This document shows, one piece after another, positions 4,790 through 6,380 of a stretch of 6,380 nt of DNA. Within the stretch, counting starts at the first letter, position 1, and each line of letters opens with the position of its first letter. A program made the translations under genes and the position numbers. The notes below the pieces were generated by a model. The model saw nothing but the letters and a program-made list of their open reading frames with translations. It searched no databases and was not told the DNA's origin. Source of the stretch: a virus; the IMG/VR virus record IMGVR_UViG_3300020041_000087, positions 1 to 6,380 of that record; one strand, written 5' to 3'.

Positions 4790-6380
4790 ATGGCTTCTTA
4801 CACCGGAATGTCCAATCTTCAGAATCACCCTCACCGTTCTGGATTTGATATTGGACGTAAAAATGCGTTTACTGCGAAAGTTGGTGAGCTTCTCCCTGTC
4901 TATTGGGATATTTCTATGCCTGGTGATAAGTACAAGTTCAACGTTGAGTATTTTACCCGTACTCAGCCTGTTGAAACTTCTGCTTATACCAGGTTGCGTG
5001 AATATTTTGATTTCTATGCTGTTCCGTTGCGTCTTCTTTGGAAGTCTGCGCCTTCCGTACTGACTCAAATGCAGGATATCAATCAGATTCAGGCTTTGTC
5101 TTTGACCCAGAATTTGGCTCTTGGTACTTATTTACCTTCTTTACCTCTCTCATTTTTTTATCAAGCTTTGAGTAGGCTTAATGGAAATAGTGTCAATCCT
5201 GGTAATTCTTCTTCTTTAAATAATATGTTTGGTTTTAATCGTGGTGATTTAAGCTATAAGCTTTTGAGTTATCTCGGTTATGGTAATATTGTACTTAATA
5301 CTCCTTCTTCTGGTAATCGCTGGTGGTCTACAACTTTAAAGAATGACACTTCTTCTTCTTCTTATACTCAGGCCTATATTCAGAATAATGTTGTGAATAT
5401 TTTCCCTATTCTTGCTTATCAGAAGATTTATCAAGATTTTTTCCGTTGGTCTCAATGGGAAAATGCGAATCCTTCTTCTTACAATGTGGACTACTATTCT
5501 GGTATTAATCCTTACTTGATTTCTTCCATTCCTTCTGCTTCTGATGCTTATTGGAAGTCCGATACAATGTTTGACCTCAAATATTGTAATTGGAACAAGG
5601 ATATGTTGATGGGTGTTCTTCCGAACTCTCAATTTGGTGATGTTGCTGTTCTTAATATTGACAATTCCGGTAAGCCTGATGTTGTTTTGGGATTAGGTGA
5701 TAAGAATAGTACAGTAGGAGTTGCTTCTGCTATTTCTTCTAATTCGGCTTCGGTTCCTTTTTTTGCTCTTAAGGCTTCCGCCTCTAATGTTCTTCCCGTG
5801 GGTTCTACTCTTCGTGTTGATCTATCTTCGTTGAATTCTCAATTCTCAGTTCTTGCCCTTCGTCAAGCTGAAGCTCTTCAACGTTGGAAGGAAATTAGTC
5901 AATCTGGAGATAGCGACTACCGTGAACAGATACGTAAACATTTTGGTGTGAACTTGCCTCAAGCTCTTTCTAATATGTGTACCTATATCGGTGGTATCTC
6001 TCGTAACCTTGATATCAGTGAGGTTGTTAATAACAATCTTGCTGCCGAAGGTGATACTGCTGTTATTGCTGGTAAAGGTGTTGGTGCTGGTAATGGTTCT
6101 TTCACTTACACTACTAATGAGCACTGTGTTGTTATGTGTATTTATCATGCTGTTCCTCTGCTTGATTACACAATTACTGGTCAGGATGGTCAGTTACTTG
6201 TGACTGATGCTGAATCTCTCCCGATTCCTGAGTTTGATAACATTGGCATGGAGGTTCTTCCTATGACTCAAATTTTCAACTCTTCCAAGGCTTCTATTGT
6301 TAATCTGTTTAATGCAGGTTATAATCCTCGTTATTTCAATTGGAAGACAAAGCTTGACGTCATCAATGGTGCCTTTACTA
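4790..6380 (+). CDS. VP1: Major capsid protein (Microviridae F/VP1 family), 5' part; the ORF has no stop inside the window and continues at base 122 (=6381) to the TAG at 379-381; full length 616 aa
   Basis: I translated codon by codon from ATG 4790 (in-frame TAA at 4778-4780 upstream) to 6380 and found no stop. The ORF track omits it, apparently because it has no in-window stop. It starts MASYTGMSNLQNHPHRSGFDIGRKNAFTAKVGELLPVYWDISMPGDKYKFNVEYFTRTQPVETSAYTRLREYFDFYAVPLRLLW. It also contains FPILAYQKIYQDFFRWSQWEN, CNWNKDMLMGVLPNSQFGD, ALRQAEALQRWKEISQSGDSDYREQIRKHFGV and EHCVVMCIYHAVPLLDY. These are blocks I recognise as conserved microvirus capsid-protein segments. Confidence 0.95.
   Translation, partial: MASYTGMSNLQNHPHRSGFDIGRKNAFTAKVGELLPVYWDISMPGDKYKFNVEYFTRTQPVETSAYTRLREYFDFYAVPLRLLWKSAPSVLTQMQDINQIQALSLTQNLALGTYLPSLPLSFFYQALSRLNGNSVNPGNSSSLNNMFGFNRGDLSYKLLSYLGYGNIVLNTPSSGNRWWSTTLKNDTSSSSYTQAYIQNNVVNIFPILAYQKIYQDFFRWSQWENANPSSYNVDYYSGINPYLISSIPSASDAYWKSDTMFDLKYCNWNKDMLMGVLPNSQFGDVAVLNIDNSGKPDVVLGLGDKNSTVGVASAISSNSASVPFFALKASASNVLPVGSTLRVDLSSLNSQFSVLALRQAEALQRWKEISQSGDSDYREQIRKHFGVNLPQALSNMCTYIGGISRNLDISEVVNNNLAAEGDTAVIAGKGVGAGNGSFTYTTNEHCVVMCIYHAVPLLDYTITGQDGQLLVTDAESLPIPEFDNIGMEVLPMTQIFNSSKASIVNLFNAGYNPRYFNWKTKLDVINGAFT
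6260..6380. repeat. Terminal redundancy, copy 2 (identical to 1-121)
   Basis: Same as copy 1. 6260 is the first base of a capsid-frame codon (cct), as is base 1, so the reading frame is preserved across the junction. Confidence 0.97.

Larger units (their letters stand above)
1..6259 (+). other. One full unit of a circular Microviridae (ssDNA phage) genome, 6259 nt
   Basis: Exact 121-nt overlap between the window ends (1-121 = 6260-6380). The gene set VP1 + VP2 + HUH Rep, all on one strand in ~6.3 kb, is the Microviridae core. The coding strand is strongly T-rich with NNT codons. Confidence 0.9.

Noticed and set aside
571-6148. Minus-strand ORFs (571-828, 1152-1775, 4407-4676, 4495-4692, 4769-5068, 5336-5632, 5846-6148)
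   Set aside because: All lie antisense to well-supported + strand genes and have R/S/N/I-rich, low-complexity translations with no motifs. Characterised Microviridae transcribe one strand only. The longest (207 aa) sits opposite the repetitive A/Q-rich part of VP2.
38-6203. Very hydrophobic + strand ORFs overlapping real genes (38-229, 3127-3438, 4504-4695, 4782-5063, 5991-6203), which look like membrane proteins or phiX174 E-like embedded lysis genes
   Set aside because: Each starts at codon position 2 of the overlapped gene. The real genes end most codons in T, so the shadow frame has T at its second position. That yields F/L/I/V/M-rich text and makes stop codons impossible, so these are compositional artefacts.
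1-6380. CRISPR arrays, IS/transposon ends, integrase or rRNA genes
   Set aside because: I saw no regularly spaced direct repeats, no terminal inverted repeats flanking a transposase-like ORF, and no integrase or recombinase motifs. The only long repeat is the 121-nt circular-assembly overlap.

Overview
The window is one complete, circularly closed genome of a small ssDNA phage of the family Microviridae. Unit length is 6259 nt. Bases 6260-6380 repeat bases 1-121 exactly, and the major capsid gene runs across that junction. All credible genes are on the + strand. In order: major capsid protein VP1/F (4790 to the window end, continuing at 1-381); an acidic 160-aa protein (397-879); a VP2/H-like pilot protein gene (879-2033) broken by one in-frame TAG; a ~470-nt non-coding region with a terminator, a cluster of stable hairpins and a Bacteroidota-type promoter; two small ORFs (57 aa Cys-rich, 29 aa transmembrane); a Peptidase_M15-type zinc cell-wall hydrolase (2764-3072); and a long HUH rolling-circle Rep/VP4 (3069-4763). 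Gene sizes, missing Shine-Dalgarno sequences and a TTTG/TAnnTTTG promoter point to a Bacteroidota-infecting, Alpavirinae-like microvirus; this is inference, not a database result. Most worth a second look: (1) TAG occurs at only two gene-relevant places, inside the pilot gene and as the capsid stop, where it is followed in frame by the next ORF; (2) the hairpin-rich non-coding block 2094-2395, including the GCGAAGC mini-hairpin; (3) a small TM peptide plus M15 peptidase that looks like a two-part lysis cassette; (4) a 176-codon alternative-frame ORF inside rep where rep loses its T-ending codon bias. No search or folding program was run. Family calls rest on motifs I recognise, and all counts are hand counts.
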